A stretch of DNA of 64,000 nucleotides from Bacteroidales bacterium. GTDB taxonomy: Bacteria > Bacteroidota > Bacteroidia > Bacteroidales > Muribaculaceae. This document shows positions 29,010 to 42,452 of this stretch, piece by piece; the first letter of the stretch is position 1, and each line of letters begins with the position of its first letter. Position numbers and translations under genes: made by a program. The stretch is from NCBI GenBank assembly GCA_030524805.1, contig JAUNFY010000002.1, forward strand, positions 11,680-75,679. Direction: 5' to 3'. The notes under the pieces are model-generated. The model saw only the letters and a list, made by a program, of their open reading frames with translations. It did not search any database and was not told the origin of the DNA.

Positions 29010-29702
29010 ATGAAACTCAAAATTTCCTTATTGATGGTGGTGCTCATGTTGGCGCTTAACGGATTTGCAGCCGACGACTGGGCTAATCTTTCGAGATATG
29101 TCAAATCGAACAAAGAAATCATGGCCCGCAGTGATAAAAACGACCATCTCGTAGTATTTCTGGGAAATTCCATCACGGATGGATGGCCTAATTCGAACAA
29201 GGCTTTTTTCGAGGATAATAACTTCGTAGGGCGTGGCATCTCAGGCCAGACCACTTACCAATTCCTGGTGAGATTCTACAGCGATGTGGTCAATCTGCAG
29301 CCGGAAGCAGTTGTGATCAACGGAGGAATCAATGATATCGCTGAAAACAATTATGAATATGATGAGACAAGAACCTTCAACAATCTAAAGGCGATGGCAG
29401 AGATAGCCGATGCCAACGGCATAAAGGTGATTCTGACAAGTGTCTTGCCTTCGGATAGATTTGGTTGGCGTCCGCTCAAGACTGAGATCGCACCGAAAGT
29501 GATGTCGCTCAACAAACGGATAAAGGCTCTTGCAAAGGAAAAAGGATATGCTTATGTGGATTATTTTTCGCCGATGGAGGATTCGACAACTCATGGCATG
29601 AAAGATGAATACACAAATGACGGAGTACATCCTACGGATAACGGCTATCGCAAGATGGAGGAAATCGTATTGCCGGTGATCAGGTCGGTCGTGAAACGGT
29701 AA
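29010..29702 (+). CDS. SGNH/GDSL-family esterase (secreted)
   Basis: Signal peptide. Block I VVFLGNSITDGW and block V DGVHPT. Confidence 0.8.
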   Translation: MKLKISLLMVVLMLALNGFAADDWANLSRYVKSNKEIMARSDKNDHLVVFLGNSITDGWPNSNKAFFEDNNFVGRGISGQTTYQFLVRFYSDVVNLQPEAVVINGGINDIAENNYEYDETRTFNNLKAMAEIADANGIKVILTSVLPSDRFGWRPLKTEIAPKVMSLNKRIKALAKEKGYAYVDYFSPMEDSTTHGMKDEYTNDGVHPTDNGYRKMEEIVLPVIRSVVKR

Positions 29703-29885
29703 AAAAAGCGCAAAAAATAGTTTATGTTGATAATTTCATGCGATGAGGATGAGCAGCAATGCTTGTCCTCTTGCTTTTATGTCATTTGAAAACCAAGTCG
29801 GCCATACTCTCTTCTCGGCTGCTGCCGTTGATGATTTCTGACTTTATTGTCAGGAATTGCTGATGTGGCATGAAATGTCACAAGT

Positions 29886-29932
29886 TTGGCGGGATTTTAT
29901 AATAATCAAGCCGGACTTTTTTTCTAAATTTG
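29886..29932 (+). promoter_or_regulatory. Conserved box 2 plus -7 element (upstream of GH97)
   Basis: ttGGCGGGATTTTATAAT at 29886-29903 (the most degenerate copy). TAAATTTG at 29925-29932, 37 nt from the GGC. Confidence 0.45.
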
Positions 29933-29964
29933 AGCATCTAATACAAAACTAACCCAATTATAGA

Positions 29965-31911
29965 ATGAAAAAAGCATTAGTATCCCTGATTGTTGTCGGA
30001 AGTTTTGCTCTTCCGGCTATAGGAAAGCCAGCCTCCTATAAGGTGGCTTCGCCGTCGGGAGATCTGGAATTGAATGTGAATGTCGGCGACGGCATCGACT
30101 ATTCTGTGTCCCGGAAAGGAAAGAGTGTAATAGATAAGGCTGTGGTCGGAATAGACTTTGACAAAAAGAAGAACTCGATCAAAGTCAGAAGTGCCAGAAA
30201 GGGAACCCACAAAGGAAAGATAGAGCCAGTGGTGCCCATGAAGTTTTCATCGATCGACGACGACTACAATTCGCTTACACTGAATTTGACCGGCAATTAT
30301 GCGATAGAATTCAGGGTCATGGACGAGGGTGTGGCACATCGGTTTGTCGCATCACTTCCCGACTCAATCAATGTCATAGACGAAACGTTTGAGCTCAATG
30401 TGCCAAAAAATGCGATGATGCACCTTCAGCAGGCACGAGGCTTCAAGACTTCATACGAGGAGTCTTATTCGCACAAGCCGGTGTTGGAATGGACAGAAGA
30501 GGAAAAAATGAGCACCCTGCCCGTGCTTATGGAGAGCGATGGCAATGTGGCTCTTATATGTGAGACAAATCTTCGTGATTATCCGGCATTCTTCCTGAAG
30601 GGAGATGGCGATGGCCGGTTTCATGCCGTTTTCCCCAAGGTTCCTCTTAAATTCGGCCCTGATGGAGACCGCAGTCTCAAAATACTTGAAGAGGCTCCCT
30701 ACATAGCCCGCACGGCAGGCAAGCGTGATTTCCCTTGGCGCTACATAGTGGTGGGCGATCCGCAGGATATACTTACCAACACCATGAGTGCGCGGCTTGC
30801 CGATCAGCCGGCCGGCGACTTCTCATGGGTAGAGCCCGGTCAGGCAAGCTGGGAATGGTGGAATGGCGCGACGCCATACGGCGAGGATGTGAATTTCGAG
30901 GCAGGATGCAATCTTGACACATATAAGTATTTCATCGACTTCGCATCAAAATATGGTATAAAATATATTATCATGGATGAAGGGTGGGCTAAGTCAACAC
31001 TTGATCCGTTCACACCCAACCCCAACGTAGACCTTCATGAGTTGATCCGCTATGGCAATGAAAAAGGGGTAGGAATAATCCTCTGGCTCACATGGCTTGC
31101 AGTGGAGAATAATTTCGATGTATTCAAGACCGTATCCGATTGGGGCATCAAAGGACTGAAAATCGACTTCATGGACCGGAGCGACCAGTGGATGGTGAAT
31201 TATTACGAACGGGTGGCAAAAGAAGCAGCCCGACATGGCCTGCTTGTAGACATGCACGGCTCTTTCAAACCGGCAGGTCTGGAGGTGACCTATCCCAATC
31301 TTATAAACTATGAGGGCGTGAGGGGCATGGAGCAGATGGGAGGCTGCCGACCTGAAAACTCAATCTATATTCCTTTTATAAGGAATGCAGTGGGTCCGCA
31401 GGACTATACACCGGGCGCCATGATCTCGATGCAGCCTAATTGCTACCGTGCGGATCGCCCGAATTCGGCTTCAATCGGCACCCGCGCCTATCAGATGGCC
31501 CTCTTTACCGTTTTTGAGGGAGGCCTGCAGATGCTTGCCGATAATCCTACGTTGTATTATCGCAACAATGATTGCACTGAATTCATAACGTCAGTACCCA
31601 CTACCTGGGATGAGACAGTGCCTTTGGTGGCAGAGATAGGCAAGACAGTGGCGGTAGCCAAGCGTAAGGGCGACACCTGGTATATAGGTGCTATCACCGG
31701 AAGCAACGAAAAATGGAATGAATATACATTCGATCTTGATTTCCTTGGCGATGGAACTTACTCGATGACAGCGTTCAGCGACGGCATAAACGCACCCACG
31801 CAGGCCATGGACTACCGCAAGACAGACAGCAAGGTGACAAAAAAAGATAAGATTGATGTTAAACTCGCCAGGAATGGTGGATGGACAGCAGTCGTAAAAC
31901 CATCAAAGTAA
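29965..31911 (+). CDS. GH97 glycoside hydrolase (alpha-glucosidase/alpha-galactosidase family)
   Basis: SWEWWNG, YIIMDEGWA, GLKIDFMDRSDQWMVNYYERVAKEAARHGLLVDMHG; pattern typical of GH97. Confidence 0.85.
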   Translation: MKKALVSLIVVGSFALPAIGKPASYKVASPSGDLELNVNVGDGIDYSVSRKGKSVIDKAVVGIDFDKKKNSIKVRSARKGTHKGKIEPVVPMKFSSIDDDYNSLTLNLTGNYAIEFRVMDEGVAHRFVASLPDSINVIDETFELNVPKNAMMHLQQARGFKTSYEESYSHKPVLEWTEEEKMSTLPVLMESDGNVALICETNLRDYPAFFLKGDGDGRFHAVFPKVPLKFGPDGDRSLKILEEAPYIARTAGKRDFPWRYIVVGDPQDILTNTMSARLADQPAGDFSWVEPGQASWEWWNGATPYGEDVNFEAGCNLDTYKYFIDFASKYGIKYIIMDEGWAKSTLDPFTPNPNVDLHELIRYGNEKGVGIILWLTWLAVENNFDVFKTVSDWGIKGLKIDFMDRSDQWMVNYYERVAKEAARHGLLVDMHGSFKPAGLEVTYPNLINYEGVRGMEQMGGCRPENSIYIPFIRNAVGPQDYTPGAMISMQPNCYRADRPNSASIGTRAYQMALFTVFEGGLQMLADNPTLYYRNNDCTEFITSVPTTWDETVPLVAEIGKTVAVAKRKGDTWYIGAITGSNEKWNEYTFDLDFLGDGTYSMTAFSDGINAPTQAMDYRKTDSKVTKKDKIDVKLARNGGWTAVVKPSK

Positions 31912-31916
31912 CTACA

Positions 31917-34091
31917 ATGAAAGCAAATAAAACCCTATTTATATTAGGAGCGGTGGCAAGCCTCCTCACAGCGGGCTGCTCCCCGAAGGATGATGACACT
32001 ATAGGTGGAGTGACACGTTATGTCAATCCTCTCCTTGGCACAGCCACCCTGTGGGAGACCGAGGATCTTGGATATGAACGGCATCGGGAACAGCGCACGT
32101 GGGGTGCGGAGGTTTACCCGGGGGCAGCGCTCCCGAACGCAATGGTGCAGCTCACGCCTGTCACTATGTGGCATGCCGGTGCTGGTTATCAGTATGAAGA
32201 TCCCACTATCCTGGGCTTTGCACACACCGCGATGGGACATTGGAATCTGATCGACCTCCCGATGATGCCGGTCACAGGCACTTTCAATGCCGACAATTAT
32301 GCTTCACCATACTCACACGAGAATGAATCCGCTCACCCGGGCTATTATCAGGTGAAGCTCGAGCGTTATGGAGTGAATGCCGAACTCACCAGCACCCTGC
32401 ATGCCGGCTATCACAGATACACCTTCAAGGAAAACGATCCGAAACGTCTGCTTGTGAATGTGGCCCACAATCAGGGCAACGTGAGATCGTGGGAAATGGA
32501 GCAGGTGGATGAGAACGCGTTTGCCGGCAGGCAGAACGGTCTTTATTACTATGCAGTGACCAATCTGCCGATCGATTCCATTCAATTCCTTAAAAGCAAG
32601 GCTGAGAGGGGAGTGCCTGTAGCAGTGGTTGATTTCAAGGACAATACAGGTAAGGAGCCGCTTGAAGTCAAAGTCGGCATATCTTACGTAAGCGTAGACA
32701 ATGCCCGCCGGAATCTTGCTGCCGAGATGTTGTCGAAGAATTTTGATCAGGTGAGAGGCGAGGCAAACGATACATGGGAAAATCTGCTCGGGAAAATTCA
32801 GGTGGATGGTTGTTCGGAGCGTGAGAAGGGTTTGTTCTATAGCACTCTTTATCGCTCCATGCTCAATCCTCGCCTTGAGAGCGACGTAAACGGTGAATAC
32901 CGCGACCGAAAAGGAGAGATTATAAAGGATGCGGATTCCCGCTACTATTCCAACCCGGCTTTTTGGGATGTAGGGCGATCGCAACTTATTCTTCTCGGTA
33001 TGTTGCAGCCGGATGTCATGAATGATGTAATGAAGTCAACTATTGACCGGGGAGAGAAAGACAAAGGTTTCATCCCGACATATTTCCATGGTGATTTCGC
33101 GCCGGCAGTGGTGATAGGCAGCTGGAAACGTGGAATAAAGGATTTTGACTTGAAGCGTGCATATAAACTTGCGCTGAAAAGTGCGACCGAGGCCGGCGAC
33201 GGAGGGCGGAGGTTTATGGATGAGTATCTTGAGAAAGGATATGTCTCAGACGAGAATCTGTCCGACAATCCATTCTGGGAGGAACACAGAGGAGGTGTGA
33301 CAAAGACTCTTGAATATGCTTATGCAGACTATGCAGTGGCGCAGATAGCCAAAGAGCTTGGCGATACCGTCAACTACAAGCTGCTTATGGACCATAGCAA
33401 GAATTACAGGAATGTCTTCAATCCGGAAAACGGTTTCTTCCAGGGCAGGATAGAAGATGGCAACTGGCTCATGCCTTACGATCCGGATATGGGATATTAT
33501 CAGCATCAGTATAGGGAGGCGAATGGCTGGAACTCACTCTTCTACGCTCCACATGATCCGGAAGGCGTGGTTGCACTCTATTCGTCGAATGAAGTGATAG
33601 AAGCAAAACTCGACACTCTTTTCACTCGCCCCTACAACGGATATGAAATCGCTAACATGACAGGCTTCATCGGCAACTACTGCCACGGCAACCAGCCGGG
33701 TCACAACATTCCCTACACTTATTATTTCATAGGCAAGCAGGAGAAATCGCAGGAACGTCTTAATGAAATCATGGACCGCTTCTACGATATGGGAAAGGAT
33801 AAGCTGGCGTATGCCGGAATGGACGATGCCGGCGGCATGTCGGCATGGTATGTGCTTAACGCACTTGGTCTGTTCACATATTCTCCGGCCGACCCGGAAT
33901 ATCTGGCATCTGTGCCATTGTTTAAGGAAGCATCCTTCAAACTTGGAGAAAAACCATTCAAGATCAAGCGGGAAGGAAATGGCACAAGAATTGAAAAAAT
34001 AACAGTCGGAGATAAAGTGCTGGATGGGTATTTTGTGCCGGATTCACTATTGCGTGCCGGCGACACCCTTACCATCTACACTGACAAATAA
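31917..34091 (+). CDS. GH92 alpha-mannosidase (lipoprotein)
   Basis: Internal ATG at 31917 gives MKANKTLFILGAVASLLTAGC (lipobox). YVNPLLGT near the N-terminus and GNQPGHNIPYTYYF near the C-terminus are typical of GH92. Confidence 0.85.
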   Translation: MKANKTLFILGAVASLLTAGCSPKDDDTIGGVTRYVNPLLGTATLWETEDLGYERHREQRTWGAEVYPGAALPNAMVQLTPVTMWHAGAGYQYEDPTILGFAHTAMGHWNLIDLPMMPVTGTFNADNYASPYSHENESAHPGYYQVKLERYGVNAELTSTLHAGYHRYTFKENDPKRLLVNVAHNQGNVRSWEMEQVDENAFAGRQNGLYYYAVTNLPIDSIQFLKSKAERGVPVAVVDFKDNTGKEPLEVKVGISYVSVDNARRNLAAEMLSKNFDQVRGEANDTWENLLGKIQVDGCSEREKGLFYSTLYRSMLNPRLESDVNGEYRDRKGEIIKDADSRYYSNPAFWDVGRSQLILLGMLQPDVMNDVMKSTIDRGEKDKGFIPTYFHGDFAPAVVIGSWKRGIKDFDLKRAYKLALKSATEAGDGGRRFMDEYLEKGYVSDENLSDNPFWEEHRGGVTKTLEYAYADYAVAQIAKELGDTVNYKLLMDHSKNYRNVFNPENGFFQGRIEDGNWLMPYDPDMGYYQHQYREANGWNSLFYAPHDPEGVVALYSSNEVIEAKLDTLFTRPYNGYEIANMTGFIGNYCHGNQPGHNIPYTYYFIGKQEKSQERLNEIMDRFYDMGKDKLAYAGMDDAGGMSAWYVLNALGLFTYSPADPEYLASVPLFKEASFKLGEKPFKIKREGNGTRIEKITVGDKVLDGYFVPDSLLRAGDTLTIYTDK

Positions 34092-34112
34092 TCGGAGTGT
34101 CGATTTTTATAA

Positions 34113-37724
<3,612 letters not shown>

Positions 37725-37751
37725 CGTATATTGAACAACATACCGACTGCA

Positions 37752-37786
37752 ATAATCGCCGCATCACCTGCGGCGATTATATTTTG
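37752..37786 (+). terminator. Intrinsic terminator after GH2
   Basis: ataatcgccgc (37752-37762) pairs with gcggcgattat (37770-37780), followed by attttg. Confidence 0.7.
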
Positions 37787-38125
37787 TCTGATACATTGCA
37801 GGGCGGGATAAGAGGCAGGGTATGGCTGAATCGCTTGATTCGCCACACCCTTTCGGTCAATGTGATTGACACATCGCTTGGAATAAAACTATTCCTGAAC
37901 CTGAATACTTAAAACCTGTCGTTATACAATTACCTAATAAAATATTAACCTATCGATCTGAATCTTATTAACAAGAACCAAATGAACCTGATATAATTCG
38001 TAATACATTCGAACAACAATAACGTGATTTTATTACTTTGTAAAATTACTGATTTCTCAGAGGAGTATTGTGTATTATTTTGAAAAAATAGTGCAGGTTT
38101 TGATTTCAAGTGCAATATATTCCGG

Positions 38126-38192
38126 ATGGCGGAATTGTATATAATTTTGTCGTGATATGAAACAGGTCTGATATATCTTATAACTTATTTTG
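38126..38192 (+). promoter_or_regulatory. Conserved box 3 plus -7-like elements (upstream of the GH27/36-like gene)
   Basis: atGGCGGAATTGTATATA at 38126-38143. A perfect TAATTTTG overlaps it at 38142-38149. TTATTTTG lies at 38185-38192, 57 nt from the GGC. Confidence 0.5.
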
Positions 38193-38258
38193 CCACTGTG
38201 TATTTTAACGACTTGAAACAATATCTAAAAAGTGTTTCATGTTAATTATGTGAAATGA

Positions 38259-39782
38259 TTGATGAAAACTGATTTGAATATGAACAGGAAAATCATACTG
38301 GCTATGATGTCGGGATTTTGTCTTTATGCGGCGGCGGATGTAAATCTGGTGCCGGAGACTCCAAGCGGAGCCCCCGACTATTTTTGCACTTGGAATCTTC
38401 AGGGATATCAGGTGAATTATACAGGCTCCGAGAATCTGCGTAGGGCAATGAACGAGGAAAGCTTGTTCGGACATGGAGCAGGACAGAGATGGGTAAATAT
38501 GTTTCCGGAAATTCAGTCAGACCTGTGGTTTGTACTTGATGATTCATGGGATATTCCTGCAGATGTAAACTATAAGAAGAATAATCCTTATATCGGTACG
38601 GATGAATTGGATTCAAGCCGTTTCCCTTCTTTCAAAGGAAGTCCGGAAGAGCGTTTCCGTCAACTTGGCGATAGCCTGAAGATATATGGATGGAGAGGAT
38701 TGGGACTATGGGTCAGTGCGCAGAAAGCACCGTGTCTTAATGCTATTGCGGACGATGATTTCTGGAAAGACCGTCTTGTCGTAGCGGAGAGAGCTGGAGT
38801 GGGGTATTGGAAAGTAGACTGGGGAAATCAGGACCGGGACGATTCATTCAGGCGCAAACTGTCGGATATGGCCCGGAAATATGCTCCCGGACTTACTTTG
38901 GAAAATGCCATGAAGAACGAATACATCACATTCAGTGATGCTTTCCGTACATACGATGTGGAAAATATCATAGCACAGCCCGTGACCATAGAACGGGTAG
39001 CAAGGCTTTTGCCTTACAAGGCGCAGCCGGGAGCCAAGGGAATAATCAACTGCGAAGATGAGCCATATATCGCTGTGGGGCTCGGATGCGCCATAGGAGT
39101 GATGCGTCATCCTTATTCAGGCAATTTGCCCGACGGATCGCCCGATCATGCTTTTCCTTCTACAGTGCGTGATCTCAAGAACAGGCTTGATGAGGTGATC
39201 CGTGCTGTGAGATGGCATAGGATTGCCGAGCCGTTTGCAGTAGACGGTGACTATGTGAAGGATGATGATATATTGAATGATTTTTGGATCTATATGCCGG
39301 AAGAGTCGTGGGTGCGACACGAGGAAGGTGATGCGGTGGAAGGAAGCGCTCCGGCACGAGTCAGCCGCAAGATGCCGTTGCCGGTGGTTGATTCAGAAGA
39401 TTCCGACCGTCCGTATGTGCTGGCATCCCGTTATCCCAATGGTGCCACCGCAGTGAGTGCGATAGGCCGCACGTTAAAGCGCAAATATATCGAGAAGCCT
39501 GTAGATGTTGAGATAGAAGCGGGCTCATGGTCTGCTCCAATCGGAATATTTGGCTATTTCAGCAATCTGACAGCCAATTTCTCCGATGTGAAAGGCATCC
39601 CTGCAAAGGTGAGGGTTTATGCACAGGATTTGAAAGGGAATCATGCGGTGGATGTCACCGACAGGGTCATGTTTGATGGCAAGTCGTTGTCGGTGCCGGG
39701 AGATGTCATCGACGGCATCGGAAGGATGTATTCCGCACCCGGTGACAAAAGTTCTCCCGGACTGGTGATCGTGGTGAGATAG
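38259..39782 (+). CDS. Secreted hypothetical protein with clan GH-D (GH27/GH36-like) TIM-barrel motif pattern
   Basis: Signal peptide (alternative start 38280, MNRKIILAMMSGFCLYAAAD). Ordered motifs resemble GH27: PDYFCTWNLQGY, FVLDDSW, DSSRFPSF, GLGLWVS, GVGYWKVDWGN. Confidence 0.45.
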   Translation: MMKTDLNMNRKIILAMMSGFCLYAAADVNLVPETPSGAPDYFCTWNLQGYQVNYTGSENLRRAMNEESLFGHGAGQRWVNMFPEIQSDLWFVLDDSWDIPADVNYKKNNPYIGTDELDSSRFPSFKGSPEERFRQLGDSLKIYGWRGLGLWVSAQKAPCLNAIADDDFWKDRLVVAERAGVGYWKVDWGNQDRDDSFRRKLSDMARKYAPGLTLENAMKNEYITFSDAFRTYDVENIIAQPVTIERVARLLPYKAQPGAKGIINCEDEPYIAVGLGCAIGVMRHPYSGNLPDGSPDHAFPSTVRDLKNRLDEVIRAVRWHRIAEPFAVDGDYVKDDDILNDFWIYMPEESWVRHEEGDAVEGSAPARVSRKMPLPVVDSEDSDRPYVLASRYPNGATAVSAIGRTLKRKYIEKPVDVEIEAGSWSAPIGIFGYFSNLTANFSDVKGIPAKVRVYAQDLKGNHAVDVTDRVMFDGKSLSVPGDVIDGIGRMYSAPGDKSSPGLVIVVR

Positions 39783-39838
39783 CAGAAGACAGACTGCCGG
39801 CCTTGATACAGGGCGATATTTCTCTCTCCATGCAAGTT

Positions 39839-39884
39839 TTGGCAGAATTGCATACACTTTTTACATCTGTTTTTTCTTATTTTG
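39839..39884 (+). promoter_or_regulatory. Conserved box 4 plus -7-like element (upstream of the GH115-like gene)
   Basis: ttGGCAGAATTGCATACA at 39839-39856. TTATTTTG at 39877-39884, 36 nt from the GGC. Confidence 0.5.
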
Positions 39885-39918
39885 CAAAAGAATTTTTTGT
39901 GACCTTAAATTTAACATC

Positions 39919-41952
39919 ATGAATATTAAAAAATCAGCACTCATGTCGTTGGCATTGGTGGCTTTTCCTGCCATGTCATTGACTTTGGAACGGGGTAACT
40001 TCAAGATAGTGGTTCCGTCCGGATCGCCGCAACCGGTGAAACTGGCAGCAGAAACACTTGCCCGAGATTTCGGGAAAGTGATGCGTTGGATTCCGGATGT
40101 CGACTCCGTCGCGACCGAAGATGGCAAGATCATCAACATAGTGGCGCTTGATGAAAGCGATTGCGTGGATGTGGAGGGTCTTGAACTGAAACCGATCAGC
40201 GGATTCGAATCGCATCGTGTCTACACCGATGAGGAAAATAAAAACATCTGTCTTCTCGGCAAGGATATGAGGGGTGCGATATATGCAATTTATGATTTTT
40301 CAGAAAAAATACTGGGTGTTCCCCCACTTTGGTATTTCTCTGATTGGAAACCTGAATATTCCGCACAAATAACTGTGCCGGCTGGTTTCGACAGATTTGT
40401 AGAATCGCCCGACGTCCGCTTCCGTGCATGGTTTCCCAACGATGAGGACCTCGTGAATCCCTGGCGTGAGCTGTCATGGCAAAATGATGAGCTTTGGCTC
40501 GAGGCTATGTTGAGATTGAAACTCAATACGGTGGAGTATGGACCGACCATCACCTATCCTGATCATAAGATGAGCCATAATGCCGACCTTCTGAAGAAAT
40601 ATGGTCTTGTGCTGACATCACATCACATGGTAGGACTCAACAACAGTTTTGCCAACTGGGAAAACTATTGGGAACAAGTGAGGGGAATGAAAGCTCCGGA
40701 GCTTCTCTTGTCGAATATCGATGCGATGAAGGAATTCTGGACCTATAACATCGAGACCATCATGCAGAACGATCAGGAGAATCTATGGCAGATAGCATTC
40801 CGCGGACGCAGCGATGAACCTTTCTGGAATATATTTCCTGATGCTCCGAAGAGCGACAAGGAGCGCGCGAAGGTAATCAATAAGATGGTAGGCATCCAAT
40901 ATGACATGATCAAGAAAGCCACCGGCGATCCGGATCCGTTCGTGCGCATGACCTTCTATGATGAACTTTCCGACCTTCTTGCAAAGGGTTATCTTGAGCC
41001 ACCGTCGGCTTCCAACATGTTGTGGACATTTGTAGCAGGCCGCCGAGATCATTATCCTTACGATGACTTTGTGAACTATGATTTCTCGAAGCCCATGCAG
41101 CTCGGATATTATATGAATCTTCAGTTCACATCTACCGGCGCGCACCTGGCTCCGGCCGAAAGCCCGTGGAAAATGGAGCAGAACTACCGGTATGTCACCT
41201 CCCGAGGCCCATTGAAATTCAGCGTGGTCAATGCCGGCAATATCCGTGAGTTTGTAATGGAAATGTCGGCCAACGCCAAGATGATGTGGGATCTTGATAA
41301 TTATGATACAGATAAGTTCCTCAGAGACTATTGCGCCCAATATTATGGCGAGGATGTGGCCGATGAGATAGCTGGCCTGTATCGTGACTATTACAATGCG
41401 TATTGGCTGCAACGTCCGTCGGAGTTCCCGGGAATGGACCGGCAGTTTATTTTTCAAGACCTTCGTCATGCCCAGGTTTTCAACCAGGTGCTTCCTCAAT
41501 TTGACAATTATAAGCCTAATCCCCTTTCCGACATAGGATTCGAACGGGTAAAAGGTCGTTCGTTCCGTCTGACATCCGACAATCATGTGGATGAGATCAT
41601 CGGCGGCATGGAGTTGAGCAATCCCCGTTTTAAAGCAGTGGCCGCCCGTTGCGACGCCATGATGAAGAGGCTACCCGCCGACAAGCAGCCTTTCTTCTAC
41701 GACAATCTCTGCGGCTATGCCCACTATATGGCATCGCTCTCCGGCAGTGTGGGGCATTTCCTCAAAGCCTACAAGGGTGAGGGCGACCGGAAGACGCATC
41801 TCATTGAGGCCCACAGGGAATTGAAGAATGCCCGTAAGGCCCTGCACAGTTCGCAGCATGGCGTGTTTGATACATGGTATGCCACAGATCGGATTTTCAA
41901 TATCAACGGAAAGATCGCAGCATTGGAGTCGCTGATCAAAAACCTCGACTGA
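39919..41952 (+). CDS. Divergent GH115-like protein
   Basis: Signal peptide. RGAIYAIYDFSEKILGVPPLWYFSDW and VRFRAWFPNDEDL parallel the canonical GH115 at 48595 (RGTAFGLFQLSRLAGVSPYVWWADV, VRFRGMFINDEDF). Confidence 0.55.
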   Translation: MNIKKSALMSLALVAFPAMSLTLERGNFKIVVPSGSPQPVKLAAETLARDFGKVMRWIPDVDSVATEDGKIINIVALDESDCVDVEGLELKPISGFESHRVYTDEENKNICLLGKDMRGAIYAIYDFSEKILGVPPLWYFSDWKPEYSAQITVPAGFDRFVESPDVRFRAWFPNDEDLVNPWRELSWQNDELWLEAMLRLKLNTVEYGPTITYPDHKMSHNADLLKKYGLVLTSHHMVGLNNSFANWENYWEQVRGMKAPELLLSNIDAMKEFWTYNIETIMQNDQENLWQIAFRGRSDEPFWNIFPDAPKSDKERAKVINKMVGIQYDMIKKATGDPDPFVRMTFYDELSDLLAKGYLEPPSASNMLWTFVAGRRDHYPYDDFVNYDFSKPMQLGYYMNLQFTSTGAHLAPAESPWKMEQNYRYVTSRGPLKFSVVNAGNIREFVMEMSANAKMMWDLDNYDTDKFLRDYCAQYYGEDVADEIAGLYRDYYNAYWLQRPSEFPGMDRQFIFQDLRHAQVFNQVLPQFDNYKPNPLSDIGFERVKGRSFRLTSDNHVDEIIGGMELSNPRFKAVAARCDAMMKRLPADKQPFFYDNLCGYAHYMASLSGSVGHFLKAYKGEGDRKTHLIEAHRELKNARKALHSSQHGVFDTWYATDRIFNINGKIAALESLIKNLD

Positions 41953-41955
41953 GCC

Positions 41956-42450
41956 ATGTCGTTAAAAAGGAGTCTGATAATGATGTTGGTGGCCGGACTT
42001 TCAGCTCTTGCCGCCAATTCCACGATACTGGTTGTCTCCCCGCTTGACAGCAATGGGGAGATGACCGCTCTTGATTTTTATGCGCCCGACCGCGGCATTC
42101 TTGACAGCATTTCATTCTATATTCCGGAGAGCTGGGGCGCTTCGTGTCTTGATGATGTGACGGTGAACGTGATAGGTCGTGGCGATGTCGCGGTCGAAGC
42201 CTTGTCGGAGCAGTCGATCGGGCGTCAGGGCTCTCTTTCACCACGCCGCATCGTGGGGGAAGGAAAATTGGTAAGGAAGTCACGCAAAGGCTATTATGAG
42301 ATAAGTCTTTACGATTTGGATTTACGTCCCGACAATGGAGTGGACGTCCGTTTTCTGTTGAAAGGTGTCAGGAGTCATTCGCAGCCCGTAAAGGCGGTTT
42401 GGTCTATGTCTACTCCGGTTCTTCCTGATTCGGTGCAGGGGGAATTGTAA
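41956..42450 (+). CDS. Hypothetical small secreted protein (164 aa)
   Basis: Signal-peptide-like MSLKRSLIMMLVAGLSALAANS. No recognisable family. Starts 3 nt after the preceding stop and ends 2 nt before the next start. Confidence 0.45.
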   Translation: MSLKRSLIMMLVAGLSALAANSTILVVSPLDSNGEMTALDFYAPDRGILDSISFYIPESWGASCLDDVTVNVIGRGDVAVEALSEQSIGRQGSLSPRRIVGEGKLVRKSRKGYYEISLYDLDLRPDNGVDVRFLLKGVRSHSQPVKAVWSMSTPVLPDSVQGEL

Positions 42451-42452
42451 AG

